64,000 bases of DNA from IMG/VR virus record IMGVR_UViG_3300042433_000193; one strand, given 5' to 3'. The DNA is from an uncultured virus (IMG/VR IMGVR_UViG_3300042433_000193). Its lineage: Duplodnaviria > Heunggongvirae > Uroviricota > Caudoviricetes. The translations under genes and the position numbers were made by a program. The notes beneath the pieces are model-generated. The model worked only from the letters and a program-made list of their open reading frames with translations. It was not told where the DNA came from and searched no databases. Below are positions 40,094 through 50,211 of this stretch, piece by piece (the first letter of the stretch is position 1; each line of letters begins with the position of its first letter).

Positions 40094-41161
40094 ATGTCAT
40101 TGATCAGTCTTGACAATAAAATGCCCGTTTCCCCGATCTTCAATCTGTCGGGAGATGATGCAATCGAAAACCGTTCGATCTGGTTTGGTAACACTACCAA
40201 CCTGATGCAATTAAACGATGTTCGCTATACTTGGGCTGTAAGTTTGTATCAACAGATGCGTGAGAATTTTTGGATCCCGCAAAAAATAGATATTACTCAA
40301 GATATAACTGACTATAATAATTTAACCCTTGACGAAAGGCGTGCCTATGATGGTATTTTGTCTTATCTAACTTTTCTTGATTCTGTACAAACCTGTAATA
40401 TTCCTCACTTAAAATCTTGCGTCACAGCCCCAGAGATCAGCCTTTGTATGGCAGAACAAATTTCTCAAGAGGCTATGCACAATCAAAGTTATCAATACTT
40501 GATTGAGACTATTATTCCCTCAAACAAAAGGGCTGAAATTTATGATTTATGGCGCACCGATAAAGTTCTCAAGGATCGCTGTGAATTTATTGCTAGTTCT
40601 TATCAAAAATATATTGACAGCCCAACACAGAGTAATTATTTTGGTTCTCTGTGTTCTAATTATATTCTAGAAGGACTGTATTTCTATAATGGGTTCCAGT
40701 ATTTTTATAATTTAGCTTCTAGACATCTAATGGCCGGTAGTGCTGACGTTTTCAAAATGATCAACCGGGACGAATTAAGTCACGTCCGTTTGTATCAAAA
40801 ATTAATTGTGGAAGCATTGCAATTATTCCCAAAAGAGTCAATTAAAAAAGGCATGGCAAGTTCATTTTTAGAGGCTGTCAATCAAGAAATTAATTGGTCC
40901 AACCATATTATCGGTAATCAAATACTGGGCATTACTGAAGAAAGTATAGATCACTATACTAAATACCTTGCCAATATTCGACTAAAAGCCATCGGCTTAA
41001 ATCCAATTTTTACCGAGGACAAATACAAAAAATCTCCCTATTCCCATTTAGAGAAATTCTCTGATACTCAAGGGGAAGGTCACACTAAGTCAAACTTTTT
41101 TGAAGCAACTGTTACCAGTTATGTTATGTCTTCTGGCTTAACGGGATGGGATGATATTTAA
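40094..41161 (+). CDS. nrdB: Ribonucleotide reductase class I beta subunit
   Basis: NFWIP, LDSVQ, QEAMHNQSY, EGLYFY.GF, INRDELSH, NFFE. Confidence 0.95.
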   Translation: MSLISLDNKMPVSPIFNLSGDDAIENRSIWFGNTTNLMQLNDVRYTWAVSLYQQMRENFWIPQKIDITQDITDYNNLTLDERRAYDGILSYLTFLDSVQTCNIPHLKSCVTAPEISLCMAEQISQEAMHNQSYQYLIETIIPSNKRAEIYDLWRTDKVLKDRCEFIASSYQKYIDSPTQSNYFGSLCSNYILEGLYFYNGFQYFYNLASRHLMAGSADVFKMINRDELSHVRLYQKLIVEALQLFPKESIKKGMASSFLEAVNQEINWSNHIIGNQILGITEESIDHYTKYLANIRLKAIGLNPIFTEDKYKKSPYSHLEKFSDTQGEGHTKSNFFEATVTSYVMSSGLTGWDDI

Positions 41162-41346
41162 CAGCATCGCTCGATAAGACAGAAAGCCGTTGATGCCACC
41201 TTTTTTTCGGTTGTGCTAAAAGGTGGTTATTATTGCCACTCTTGTCTTGCTATGTGATCAATTCTGCTGGTGGAATACTAATTCCAGCTAAGTATTTTCT
41301 GTAATTCAATTTAAATTCTCCAAATATTTTCTGATTTTATTTTACC

Positions 41347-42150
41347 TTAAATATCAGAAACAAGAGGTGGACGATTTTTAAAAGGATGTGCGGAGGGAAG
41401 GTTGGCGGTCAAGCCCCTATTCCACGCGAGATAGCCTTCAACAATCTGACGGATAGAAGTATTTGTTGTTCTCAACAGAATAAAATCGGTCATTGTGATA
41501 TTTGAAAAGCGAAGCGGGGTTGCTTGCGCGGCTAAAGTGAAACCAAGGTTCGTGTTATTTGGTGTGCTAATCCCGTTTGTGGTTCCTTCCAAACTGCCGT
41601 TCCGCCACACGCCCCAGCCTGTCACGTTGCTCTGGAATGCCATGACCTGCGCGTCGGTATTGTTGTATGCCGTGCCAGAACCCAGGTCGTAAAAGAAACT
41701 GCTTGGACCACCGAAATACGGAAACGACGCCCCGAAATTGTTACTGTTCTTCACGTAATGCAGCGCGCCACGGTCAGTAGCACCAGCGAGGACACCAACG
41801 CTCGGCATATAACCTCCGGCGCCGTTATTTCCGGGTCCGCGACGGGAGAACACCCAATACACACCGTGAGTTGTGTTTTGTATCTGCGTGGTAGAAATTG
41901 ACAAGCTATCGTTTAATCCGTCGAAAGTTATACCCGGCAGTCCAAAAAATCCAGTCTGGGAATAAACAGGCTGGTTCGCCGCAGTTGTCTGAGTTGCGTG
42001 TGCGCCATTGCCACTCTTGTCACGCCATTGACTAACGCCTGTGGCAATTGTAATAGTACTTAAATCAGCCGCATCTAGCCACAATGAAAGCAGTCCAATA
42101 GGTAAATCTGCGGGTGTCCATAATCGGAGACTAGCATCAATTATTAGCAT
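41347..42150 (-). CDS. Lectin/LamG-like tail fibre or receptor-binding protein
   Basis: LWLDAAD...VSQWRDKSGNG.HATQ...QP...FDG.ND; VEGYLAW..GL..NLP..HPFK. Confidence 0.7.
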   Translation of the reverse strand: MLIIDASLRLWTPADLPIGLLSLWLDAADLSTITIATGVSQWRDKSGNGAHATQTTAANQPVYSQTGFFGLPGITFDGLNDSLSISTTQIQNTTHGVYWVFSRRGPGNNGAGGYMPSVGVLAGATDRGALHYVKNSNNFGASFPYFGGPSSFFYDLGSGTAYNNTDAQVMAFQSNVTGWGVWRNGSLEGTTNGISTPNNTNLGFTLAAQATPLRFSNITMTDFILLRTTNTSIRQIVEGYLAWNRGLTANLPSAHPFKNRPPLVSDI

Positions 42151-42159
42151 TAATTAAAA

Positions 42160-42390
42160 TTACAGACCTTTAAAAATCGCTATCAAATTAATTACTGCTT
42201 TTCTAAAGAAAGCAAATACTTTTTGTAGAAAATGCTGATTACTTCCACCTTTTAAGATAAAAATACTATTATTTTTATCGCAACCAAAAGTAGTATTATC
42301 AGTAGCGTCAAACCAGAGATAAAGTCTTTTAGATTTTAGTTCTACTGGTGTCCACAATTGCGATTTTTGTGATTTTTTAGATTCAAACAT
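42160..42390 (-). CDS. Short protein homologous to the N-terminus of 41347-42150
   Basis: LWTP..L....L.LW.DA.D..T. Confidence 0.5.
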   Translation of the reverse strand: MFESKKSQKSQLWTPVELKSKRLYLWFDATDNTTFGCDKNNSIFILKGGSNQHFLQKVFAFFRKAVINLIAIFKGL

Positions 42391-42409
42391 AACAAAACTC
42401 CTACAAGAA

Positions 42410-42844
42410 CTAATTATTAAAAACCGCAGACACTTTGAGAATATTTTGATTCAACAATTGAGCTAACAGATTCTCGTCATTAAATTGCTGTGTTACTGCC
42501 TGCAAAATATCCGATTCAGAAATCGGATTTAATTTATCTCCAATATTAATAGAAAGCGCAAGTCTTGGAGCTTCCCCAAACACTGCTGCCGTCATTCCCA
42601 ATTTAGCTACATTCAGCTTGACATAGGGATCAAAAACAATCATTTCTGATAAAATCCTTTTGTAAACATAAAATCGGACAGATTTATCATCGATTAAATT
42701 AGGCTTGATTTTACTATCAAAAAAAGCTGAATTAGTTGACATTTCATTGAAAGACCCAGAAACATTTGTTAATGCAATTTGGTATCTTTCAATATATTCG
42801 GGACTATTTAAAAATAAGCTTTGAGCAGTTAAACTATTAGGCAT
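42410..42844 (-). CDS. Hypothetical protein (tail region)
   Basis: 144-aa ORF in a tightly packed operon. Confidence 0.65.
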   Translation of the reverse strand: MPNSLTAQSLFLNSPEYIERYQIALTNVSGSFNEMSTNSAFFDSKIKPNLIDDKSVRFYVYKRILSEMIVFDPYVKLNVAKLGMTAAVFGEAPRLALSINIGDKLNPISESDILQAVTQQFNDENLLAQLLNQNILKVSAVFNN

Positions 42845-43255
42845 TTAAGTTAGCGATGCTGTTTCGCGGAAAATTAACAAAAAAGGGATACTTAATGGTC
42901 CACCAGTAACGCTGGTAATATCGAATCGAATTTCTTGAGCAGTAGTAATAATTTGTCCTTGTCCAGATACTGTAAAATTAGCCCGGGCAGTAGTAAGAGA
43001 TAGACTAGATAGTCCTGGTATTGCCCCAAAAGAAGTGCCACTGCCAAAGCTAAAAGTTATTGTAGCACTTCCTACGGTTGTGCGTAAATTTCGCACTTCT
43101 AAAAGAGTAATTTCTCTTGGAAAAGAGGTAACAGGAATCTGCTCTACAGCAGAAATATTTCTAATAGTTACTTTCTCGTTTTGCAACCGACTAGCAACCC
43201 ATCGGGCTGTAGCAATCGAATCTAAAGTGTCAGTAGGACCAAGAAATTCTTTCAC
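42845..43255 (-). CDS. Hypothetical virion protein
   Basis: 136-aa Thr/Ser-rich beta-type ORF. Confidence 0.65.
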   Translation of the reverse strand: MKEFLGPTDTLDSIATARWVASRLQNEKVTIRNISAVEQIPVTSFPREITLLEVRNLRTTVGSATITFSFGSGTSFGAIPGLSSLSLTTARANFTVSGQGQIITTAQEIRFDITSVTGGPLSIPFLLIFRETASLT

Positions 43256-43259
43256 AATA

Positions 43260-44069
43260 CTAAGCTAGTAATTTGGCTACGAATCCATTTACAGAAGGTA
43301 CTGCCGTAGAAGCAAAAGTTAGGCGGATTGAAGTATTACTCAATCGTTCCGTAAAAACTCCTACAGTATCTCTATTACCGCTATTGCGAATTACTTCTAC
43401 GCTGGGATTAGTATCAGTCAGGGTATGTGTGATCACAAACACCGTATTAGTGCCATCTCCAAAAGGATTAGTAGTTACTGATCGCCGTCTTCCGGACCAA
43501 CTGGCAAGCAAGGAAGGGGTGACATATTTGGCTGTGTCTGTTCCCGCTTCTAGTTCGGCTAAAGTAGCACGCTGTACTTTACCCGATGTGGTTTCACTTG
43601 CGTCAGGAATTCCGGCCCCATGAACTTGCCAGATTATAGGAGAAGTTCCCAAAGTCACGGATTGAGTAATCTGCCTGTAAGTCACGCCCTCATCGTTATT
43701 CCCACTACCAGAGGCAACAGTTACAATCGCGTTTCTGAGTTCGGCTCCTGTACTAGCGTCAGCAGTGCGGGTAGCTGCAACAGAAGCTCCGTTCCAATTG
43801 TATAACCCGTTTTCTGTGTTATTAGTTTGATTTGCGGCAATAAAGCGAGAATTGGCTAAACTCATAGTTACCCCACCAATTGTCGAGCCAGGAGCATTTA
43901 AATTGATATTTGATGGGGCAGAAGCAAATACTGCGTCCTTGTAATCAAACCCTTCCAGAAGAGCATTTAAAGTACCAAAATTGACCAAATCGTTAGGATT
44001 TTCTGGGGCAACAGAAGCCCGAATTTTTCCTTTAAATTCAGTGTCAGACCAAAATTCAATAAAAGTCAT
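43260..44069 (-). CDS. Tail fibre/collar-like structural protein
   Basis: QTNNTENGLY.W....TRTADA; ASETTSGKVQRAT..E...GTD..KYVTP; GDG....F.ITH.L. Confidence 0.7.
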   Translation of the reverse strand: MTFIEFWSDTEFKGKIRASVAPENPNDLVNFGTLNALLEGFDYKDAVFASAPSNINLNAPGSTIGGVTMSLANSRFIAANQTNNTENGLYNWNGASVAATRTADASTGAELRNAIVTVASGSGNNDEGVTYRQITQSVTLGTSPIIWQVHGAGIPDASETTSGKVQRATLAELEAGTDTAKYVTPSLLASWSGRRRSVTTNPFGDGTNTVFVITHTLTDTNPSVEVIRNSGNRDTVGVFTERLSNTSIRLTFASTAVPSVNGFVAKLLA

Positions 44070-44071
44070 AA

Positions 44072-44518
44072 TTACCTCGATAAAATTGCATAACCACTAA
44101 AGGGACTACTAAAAATAATTTGAGTAGTATTTAAAGAAAGGTTTTGTACAAAAGCTTCTATTTTTACTCCCCCTGAACTAAAAACTTGAGTCTGTGGCTC
44201 AAAGCCTAAATTATGAATAATTGTCCAGGTTGCAGATGCAGGCGATTGAGTATGCTTGTAAAAAGCACTTCCCTCTCCCGGTAGTCCAGGAGAACCCCGA
44301 ACATCAACAGCAGAGCTAATTGAAGAAACTAGCCCAGACGGTCCAATATAACCACCCGTTGCTGGAGGAGTACCTGAACCTCCTACCCAATTAACTACCT
44401 GAAAAACCCGGCGATTACCATCAGTAACTAGGGACAAAATAGGCGACCATCCAGCACCTCCAAGAGTAGCCGAAACAATTACTTGCCTAGAACTTCCAGT
44501 TATTTGAATTGGCATCAA
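44072..44518 (-). CDS. Tail-associated structural protein
   Basis: GWSPILSLVTDGNRRV.QV..W.GG.GTPP; HTQ..ASATWTI.HNLG. Confidence 0.65.
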   Translation of the reverse strand: MMPIQITGSSRQVIVSATLGGAGWSPILSLVTDGNRRVFQVVNWVGGSGTPPATGGYIGPSGLVSSISSAVDVRGSPGLPGEGSAFYKHTQSPASATWTIIHNLGFEPQTQVFSSGGVKIEAFVQNLSLNTTQIIFSSPFSGYAILSR

Positions 44519-44994
44519 ACTTCCCCCCTAACGACTACGGGAATTAAATCTAGTCCTAAAGGTTCAACAACGAGCCGATTAGCAATAGTTTTAGATGCCT
44601 CTAAGTCAGCTTGCCAGTAATCTCTTCCCACTTTTGGCTGTCCGATTTCCTTAAAAGAGACAGGAGTAACGTCCATCTCAGCAGTGATATTGCTATCGAT
44701 AATTAAATGAAAATAAGTATAATTTTGATATTCAATTGGGTCTTCTCCCTCTTCATAAGCAGGTAAAATAAAATTGCCAAATTGCAACCCATCGATCCGA
44801 CCGACTGCCATGCGATCTTCTCCAAATTGCTTTGCTACATAAAAATTAATGTTCCATGTAGTAAAATCTCCCTGAATAAAAAACTCCTCATCCCAAGTCG
44901 AACCCTTTTTAATCTCAATAACAATTTCACTGGCAATCGTAGGATACGATTGCCCTTTAAGAAAATAGTTACCAGTAAGGACTTTTTGAGCCAT
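44515..44994 (-). CDS. Hypothetical virion protein
   Basis: ORF 44515-45066, probable start MAQKVL at 44994. Confidence 0.55.
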   Translation of the reverse strand: MAQKVLTGNYFLKGQSYPTIASEIVIEIKKGSTWDEEFFIQGDFTTWNINFYVAKQFGEDRMAVGRIDGLQFGNFILPAYEEGEDPIEYQNYTYFHLIIDSNITAEMDVTPVSFKEIGQPKVGRDYWQADLEASKTIANRLVVEPLGLDLIPVVVRGEV

Positions 44995-45268
44995 CGATGA
45001 GGTGCGTACTGTTTCTTGTATTATATCTTGAATTTTCTTTTTTGAGATATAATAAAAAGTAATCATATTTATACCTTATACTACTGCGCTCTTTTATACC
45101 ACCCAAGAGTGCGGTTATTTTTTTGTCTTGACAATTCTATTAAGACTGTGAGAGAATTTTTTTAGAAGATTGATATGGGTAGCCGCTCTCTCGTAGGGCG
45201 GTATTTTTTTATTTATCTGTAGTATATATACTACAGATACTACGGAGCGATTGTTCTTTTGTAATTTG

Positions 45269-45676
45269 ATTGTAGATAAGGTTATTAACAATCAAAACCT
45301 TTACAGGGTATAGGTTCTAGGCTTTGTTGATAATGTTGATGCTCTATAGAGAGAAAAAAGATAAAGAAACCAAACAAGGTCAGCAATAAAAAGAAACAGG
45401 CTCAACAGTAAAACAAAAAAATACACACGGGGTAATTATTAACAATATCTACAAAGAAGTGAAAAAAGGATGAAAGCTATATATATCAACACTTTCATCT
45501 TTTCTATCTTTGTAAATACCCTTATTTACAATCTATTTACAAACTAACAATCTAATTAATCGAGGTCAGCAATAAAAACATAAAAAATTCTGACACGGGA
45601 ATAAGGCTAACAACATCAACAAAGTCTAGAGCCTATATATATCAAGACTTCCATTGTTAATATCCTTATCTACAAT
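45269..45676. repeat. ~70-bp dispersed element cluster (locus 2)
   Basis: Forward 45269-45339, degenerate reverse about 45440-45532, reverse 45608-45676. Confidence 0.75.
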
Positions 45677-45808
45677 CTAATTACAAGCCAACAAACAAAA
45701 AACCCCTGTAGAGACTACAGGGGTTAGCTTTATCAGTTATGTACCAGTTATGGTGTCATCAATTGCTTTTTATTTTAGCAGTAAACAACCTTGTTTACTG
45801 ATTTTTAC

Positions 45809-46263
45809 CTAATATCCCCCCATTAACTCAATTTGCTCTTCTAGGGTAGAGTTTTTGCTCTCAATCTCTTTGATTCGGTCTTTTAAGCCGAGGATTTCAT
45901 CGATATAGTCAACTTCTTGATAATCCAATTTGTCGATTTTGGCAGTCAATTTAGAAGGAATAAGCGAATGCCCAACTGCATTACTTTTAGGGCTAGTTCG
46001 TGATTGTCTTTAATTAGCCACTGGCAGATTAAATTTTCTGGTATCAATTCAACGGTTTGTAACCCACTTGCTGTCTCAATTTGAGCCTGTTCAAGACCCT
46101 TTTCACGCAAACCACTCATAGTCAAACGGCGAGAAATAGTCGAAGGTATTTTCCCCGACATCCGGGCATATCCATTAATTGAGGCAAAGCTCTCACCAGT
46201 CTCGGTATTAATAATTAATTCAATACCATCGTGATCAAAACGCTGTAAACTAGAATTAGTCAT
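45809..46263 (-). pseudogene. Internally deleted/frameshifted paralog of 57780-58484
   Basis: LQRFDHDGIELII.T.TGESFASI.GYARMSG shared; frame stops at 45946, and a coiled-coil tail KLTAKIDKLD...ELMGGY continues in another frame to 45809. Confidence 0.6.
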
Positions 46264-46340
46264 GATTTACTCTGTAGTAGTAATTGTGATGAGTCCCCCG
46301 TTAACGCGGGGGCATACCAATATTATACCGTATTTAAAAT

Positions 46341-46580
46341 ATGCCTGACAAATTTGACGGGTGTGGTGGGTATTCAGCAAAAATTGACCGATTACCGGGT
46401 ATTCCTCCTGATTTCAAGTCGAATGTCGTCAAACCACCACAATCTAGGGTTATTGTTTTGCTGAAAACCGGAGAGATCAGAGAAATCCCCGATGATCAGC
46501 TAGAGTCTTTCCTTGAGGAAAACCAAGATTTAATTCAAGATCGACAATCACCCAGAAAAAGACCGATTAGAAAACTTTAA
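46341..46580 (+). CDS. Hypothetical protein
   Basis: 79-aa ORF. Confidence 0.5.
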   Translation: MPDKFDGCGGYSAKIDRLPGIPPDFKSNVVKPPQSRVIVLLKTGEIREIPDDQLESFLEENQDLIQDRQSPRKRPIRKL

Positions 46581-46584
46581 AACG

Positions 46585-46878
46585 ATGACACCTAAAGAAA
46601 TTCTTGTCTTGCAGACTCTTTACAATAAAGAATTGTCGGGATTACAGATAGTTGAATCTATAGCCAATACTAAAGGTAGAAGTCTTGATATTGGCTCGTT
46701 TTACCCTGTATTTCAGAAATTAGAGGAAAAAGGACTCATTAAATCTCGATGGGGAACCGAGCGATCTAACGATAGAGCCGGTGCTAGAAAAAGATACTAT
46801 CGACTTACCCAATCAGGAGAAAAATCCCTTGCTGATATTCAAGGATTTGATAATTCTCTTAATTGGGATTTTACTTGA
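46585..46878 (+). CDS. PadR-family transcriptional regulator
   Basis: GSFYPVFQKLEEKGLIKSRW...RKRYYRLTQSG. Confidence 0.88.
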   Translation: MTPKEILVLQTLYNKELSGLQIVESIANTKGRSLDIGSFYPVFQKLEEKGLIKSRWGTERSNDRAGARKRYYRLTQSGEKSLADIQGFDNSLNWDFT

Positions 46879-46882
46879 TTAA

Positions 46883-46955
46883 TGTGGGGTCTAGGAGTCG
46901 AACCTAGTGTTTTAGGCTTATGAGGCCTATGTGTAAGCCATTTCACTCACCCCGC
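46883..46955 (-). tRNA. tRNA with CAT anticodon (Met or lysidine-Ile), non-canonical
   Basis: GCGGGGT/ACCCCAC acceptor with a C-A mismatch; TAGGC-CTCATAA-GCCTA anticodon arm; CTAGG-TTCGACT-CCTAG T-arm; no encoded CCA. Confidence 0.75.
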
Positions 46956-46985
46956 TTTTATATTAGCGCATCAAAAAACAGAATG

Positions 46986-47654
46986 TCAAGTGTATTGTAC
47001 TGATAAGTTTACTGTTTTTTGTTCCCGACCTAAACCAGTCAAATAGTTAACTATTTGGTTGTTAAAGATTTGACTATTTCTAACTACAATACAGCCCGCG
47101 CTTCCAGGTGCATTAGCGTCTCGATGTAATCCAAGTTCTGATCGAGAAAACCCTGATCCTTTGTAAGGATCAGGCGTAATATGAAAAAACATCCCCTCAA
47201 CACCTCTTGTATCTAACCAATATCCCTTAGTATTGATTTGCCAATGATTTCCTTCTGGTATTTGTCCTTTGCCTACAATTTTTTCGGCACCTCGGTATTG
47301 ATACCCAATTGAGCCACTGGTAGCCACTACTTCAATTGCTTTATCATTTCCTCGATAAAATTGCAAAATTCCTTCAATCAACTTAGGAGATCGACTTACA
47401 GGAAACTTAAAAACGGCTGTCACGGGTAAGGTATTAGGTAAATCAGATAAATCCCAATGCGGCTTGAATATCCACCAATCACCTGCGCTGTAGCTAAGTT
47501 TTACTTGAATGTGTAATCCATATTCAGATAAAACTTTATCTACAGGATAATTTCGATTTTTTTCTACAAAAATTAACTGATCTTCTTTCAAATCAGACAC
47601 TTGCTCTGGAGTTTTTTTCAGATAAGTGTTAAATATTGCTGTAATTTGCTTCAT
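46986..47654 (-). CDS. L,D-transpeptidase-like (Tlde1/DUF2778-like) cell-wall enzyme
   Basis: G.IPEG, RSELGLH.D.N.PGSAGCI His/Cys motif; N-terminal domain resembles that of the endolysin. Confidence 0.6.
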   Translation of the reverse strand: MKQITAIFNTYLKKTPEQVSDLKEDQLIFVEKNRNYPVDKVLSEYGLHIQVKLSYSAGDWWIFKPHWDLSDLPNTLPVTAVFKFPVSRSPKLIEGILQFYRGNDKAIEVVATSGSIGYQYRGAEKIVGKGQIPEGNHWQINTKGYWLDTRGVEGMFFHITPDPYKGSGFSRSELGLHRDANAPGSAGCIVVRNSQIFNNQIVNYLTGLGREQKTVNLSVQYT

Positions 47655-47689
47655 TTGTCCTAGCCTACATTTTCCTTAATTCTAGCTTT

Positions 47690-47893
47690 TCAATCAATCC
47701 AATAGACAATTTCGTTAGGCTGTATCTCGTACCTATCACAGATTGTTTCTAAGACAGTGATAGATGGTAAGTGATCGGCATCTCTTGCCAATTTATAACC
47801 CGTATTGGGTGCGATACCCGTATCCTTGATAAATCGGTAAACCGTGATCCCTCTATTTTTCGTGAACTGTTTGACCCTGTTTTTTAGTACCAT
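47690..47893 (-). CDS. Cro/C1-type HTH regulator
   Basis: RGITVYRFIKDTGIAPNTGYKL...LPS..VLE.IC. Confidence 0.8.
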   Translation of the reverse strand: MVLKNRVKQFTKNRGITVYRFIKDTGIAPNTGYKLARDADHLPSITVLETICDRYEIQPNEIVYWID

Positions 47894-48054
47894 TGTATTG
47901 TTTTACACTTAATATATTTAGTATAACTTTTTTTAGAATAATACTTGACATACTATTAACATGATGCTACTATACAGATATAGAGAAAGACGACCACTCC
48001 CAACTCCAAATTAGTGTGATCGCCTTTCCGTCAACCCTTATCAGGTCAAAAGCC

Positions 48055-48492
48055 ATGTTAGCATCCAATTCTCTTCCTGTCAAATCTAATTGCGTTCCCG
48101 TCATCTCTGGGAATTTCACTATGATCGCCAAAGGTCAAAAGCACCGGGTTTCTCTTGAAGTGTGGGGAGAAGGACAGATTACCACTCTCCGAGTTATTTG
48201 TCAGCAAACTGGTAAAGAATGGTTTTTCGATACCTTTAATGGCAAGTTAAGCCGTGGTTTCAGTCCTGACGGAAAACTCCCCAACTGCGAATTGCCTGAG
48301 ATTAAATTTCAGCCCGTCAAAAAATCTTTTGTTATTTCCCCTACGATGGGATTCGTGGATTGCGGAGGGCGTTGCTACGAGATTCCTAGTAACGAACCTA
48401 CAGACAATTTTATTGATGATGATACCGAGCCGTCGGATTTAAGTCGATACAGCGAACCAATGACCGACCCGATGACATGGCAAGAGTTTTAA
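48055..48492 (+). CDS. Hypothetical protein
   Basis: ORF 48016-48492, probable ATG at 48055; TTGACA promoter at 47945. Confidence 0.6.
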   Translation: MLASNSLPVKSNCVPVISGNFTMIAKGQKHRVSLEVWGEGQITTLRVICQQTGKEWFFDTFNGKLSRGFSPDGKLPNCELPEIKFQPVKKSFVISPTMGFVDCGGRCYEIPSNEPTDNFIDDDTEPSDLSRYSEPMTDPMTWQEF

Positions 48493-48556
48493 TATACCAG
48501 TTATCAGTTGTCAGTCATCAGTTGTCAGCTAACAATTATTTAGGAGTCAAAAAAAA

Positions 48557-48844
48557 ATGAAGGGTATTCGCATTGAAGGTTTTTCTCCGAGGTCAGGCGA
48601 CAAAATTGCTGTTATTGTCAGTACGAAATACATACTATGTGTTTTAGATACTTACGAGAATTTATTACCTTGTCCGCAAATTGAAAACACTGAACAATAT
48701 ATTGTAATACTCGACGATCCAATTGCATCATATTCAGTCATCACAACACTTGAATTATCGCCAGGTCTAAAAAAATGGATTGATGAGCAGATCGTTGGTC
48801 GAGTTTGGACTGGGTACGGTAATGAGGATGATATTCCTGACTAA
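48557..48844 (+). CDS. Hypothetical protein
   Basis: 95 aa, AGGAG RBS. Confidence 0.6.
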   Translation: MKGIRIEGFSPRSGDKIAVIVSTKYILCVLDTYENLLPCPQIENTEQYIVILDDPIASYSVITTLELSPGLKKWIDEQIVGRVWTGYGNEDDIPD

Positions 48845-48889
48845 ATATCAGTTATCAGTTGTCAGTAAAAACTATTAGGAGTAAGAACC

Positions 48890-49277
48890 ATGACTATTAT
48901 CAACGCAACCCCTCACACTATCACCATATTAAACAAAGAAGCTGGCATCACCCAAGATGCAAAAAAAACAGTTTCTGGGAAACAAAGAAGCGATTGTGGT
49001 TTTCAAGGAAATCCCAGCATCCAGGATTCTCCCGCGGGTCAAAATGTCCAACGAACCCGCGGAACCCATTGACGGTATCCCAGTAGAAACCGTTATCTAC
49101 GGGGAGATCGAGGGACTCCCTGAGTATCAGGAGGAGGTGTACTATATTGTGTCAGGATTAGTGGCGGCGGCCGCTAGTAGGCAAGGACGGACGGACTGCC
49201 TTGCCCCTGGTGCAATCGTCCGGGATAAGTCTAATCCCTCGAACGTTCTAGGGTTCTTGTTCTTACAAAAGCCCTAG
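48890..49277 (+). pseudogene. Phage conserved protein split by a frameshift at an A8 run
   Basis: MTIINATPHTITI... (48890, AGGAG RBS) joins ...IEGLPE....YYIVS.LVA...R.DCLAPG..VRD if the A8 at 48961-48968 is read as A7. Confidence 0.65.
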
Positions 49278-49340
49278 CCGATCCGAAACAGGAACCTTTC
49301 CCGTATGCCTAGCGGCTCAATTCTAGGCACTGATGAGGAT
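49276..49340 (+). ncRNA. Hammerhead ribozyme, type II topology with pseudoknot
   Basis: atcc-GAAA-c..stem III..GTA^-tgcctag/ctaggca stem I-CTGATGA-ggat; loop cggct pairs with upstream agccg. Confidence 0.85.
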
Positions 49341-50016
49341 AGAAGAAGTTACGGCTATCCTAAAATGGGAGGTGCAATTCCTCCCCCTACAAACCGATAT
49401 ATTTGACATGAACATGAACGAGGAATCCAGAAAAATACTAGGAACAATTGCAAGGCTAGAGAACGCATCGTATCTTTTGATTGCTATCTTAATTGGAATG
49501 GTAGTGTTTGGAGTAGGTCAAACACTCCACAAAGCTAATCACTACCTTGCATCACAAGGACACGAAAACCCAAAAATACTATTGCTTCTATCTTGGAGGT
49601 GTGGAACATTTACCGAATTGAATTTCCGTCAGAACGACGGAAATAGAGGATATTTGTGTGTAAAACAGATAAAGAGGTAGGTTGTCCAATCAGTACTCAA
49701 CGAAGTGAAACCTAATAAGATGATGCTGTAGCAAATGCAGATTGGCGCATAGAAGATTAAGGTTATCAGTTATCAGTAACCATTATTTAGGAGTAAAACA
49801 ATGACAATGATGGATATAGGACAATTCCCTAAAATTGCCTCAGCCCCGCAAGAGTTCAAGTTAAACTGGTACGAAACAAAGTTAATTTATGTTTGTATTG
49901 CTTATAAAATGGAATTAGCTTTAGGCGTACCTTCTGCTCGTTTCTGGATAGAGCGTGAAAGACTTTATCGAGAGTCTCTAGTAAATCAAATTGATTAGGA
50001 TATTTTTACAACTATT

Positions 50017-50211
50017 ATGAACCTGTACCTAGTTAAAGATTCAGTTACATCATTTGGTCTTCTTATTGCAGCAGAATCAGAAACAGAGGCTACCTGGCAT
50101 TGGTGCAATTATTTTAATAGCAATAATGACAATCCAATCGAAATAGAAGAAATTAACATTAATACTTCTGGTATCGTTTGGAAATGTGGGTGGACTACTA
50201 TTAACCCCTAA
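50017..50211 (+). CDS. Hypothetical phage protein
   Basis: MNLYLV...LLIAAESETEA motif. Confidence 0.55.
   Translation: MNLYLVKDSVTSFGLLIAAESETEATWHWCNYFNSNNDNPIEIEEININTSGIVWKCGWTTINP

Noticed and set aside
49333..49680. 115-aa ORF starting at 49333
   Set aside because: Its ATG lies within the hammerhead core; any real gene more likely starts near 49408-49414.
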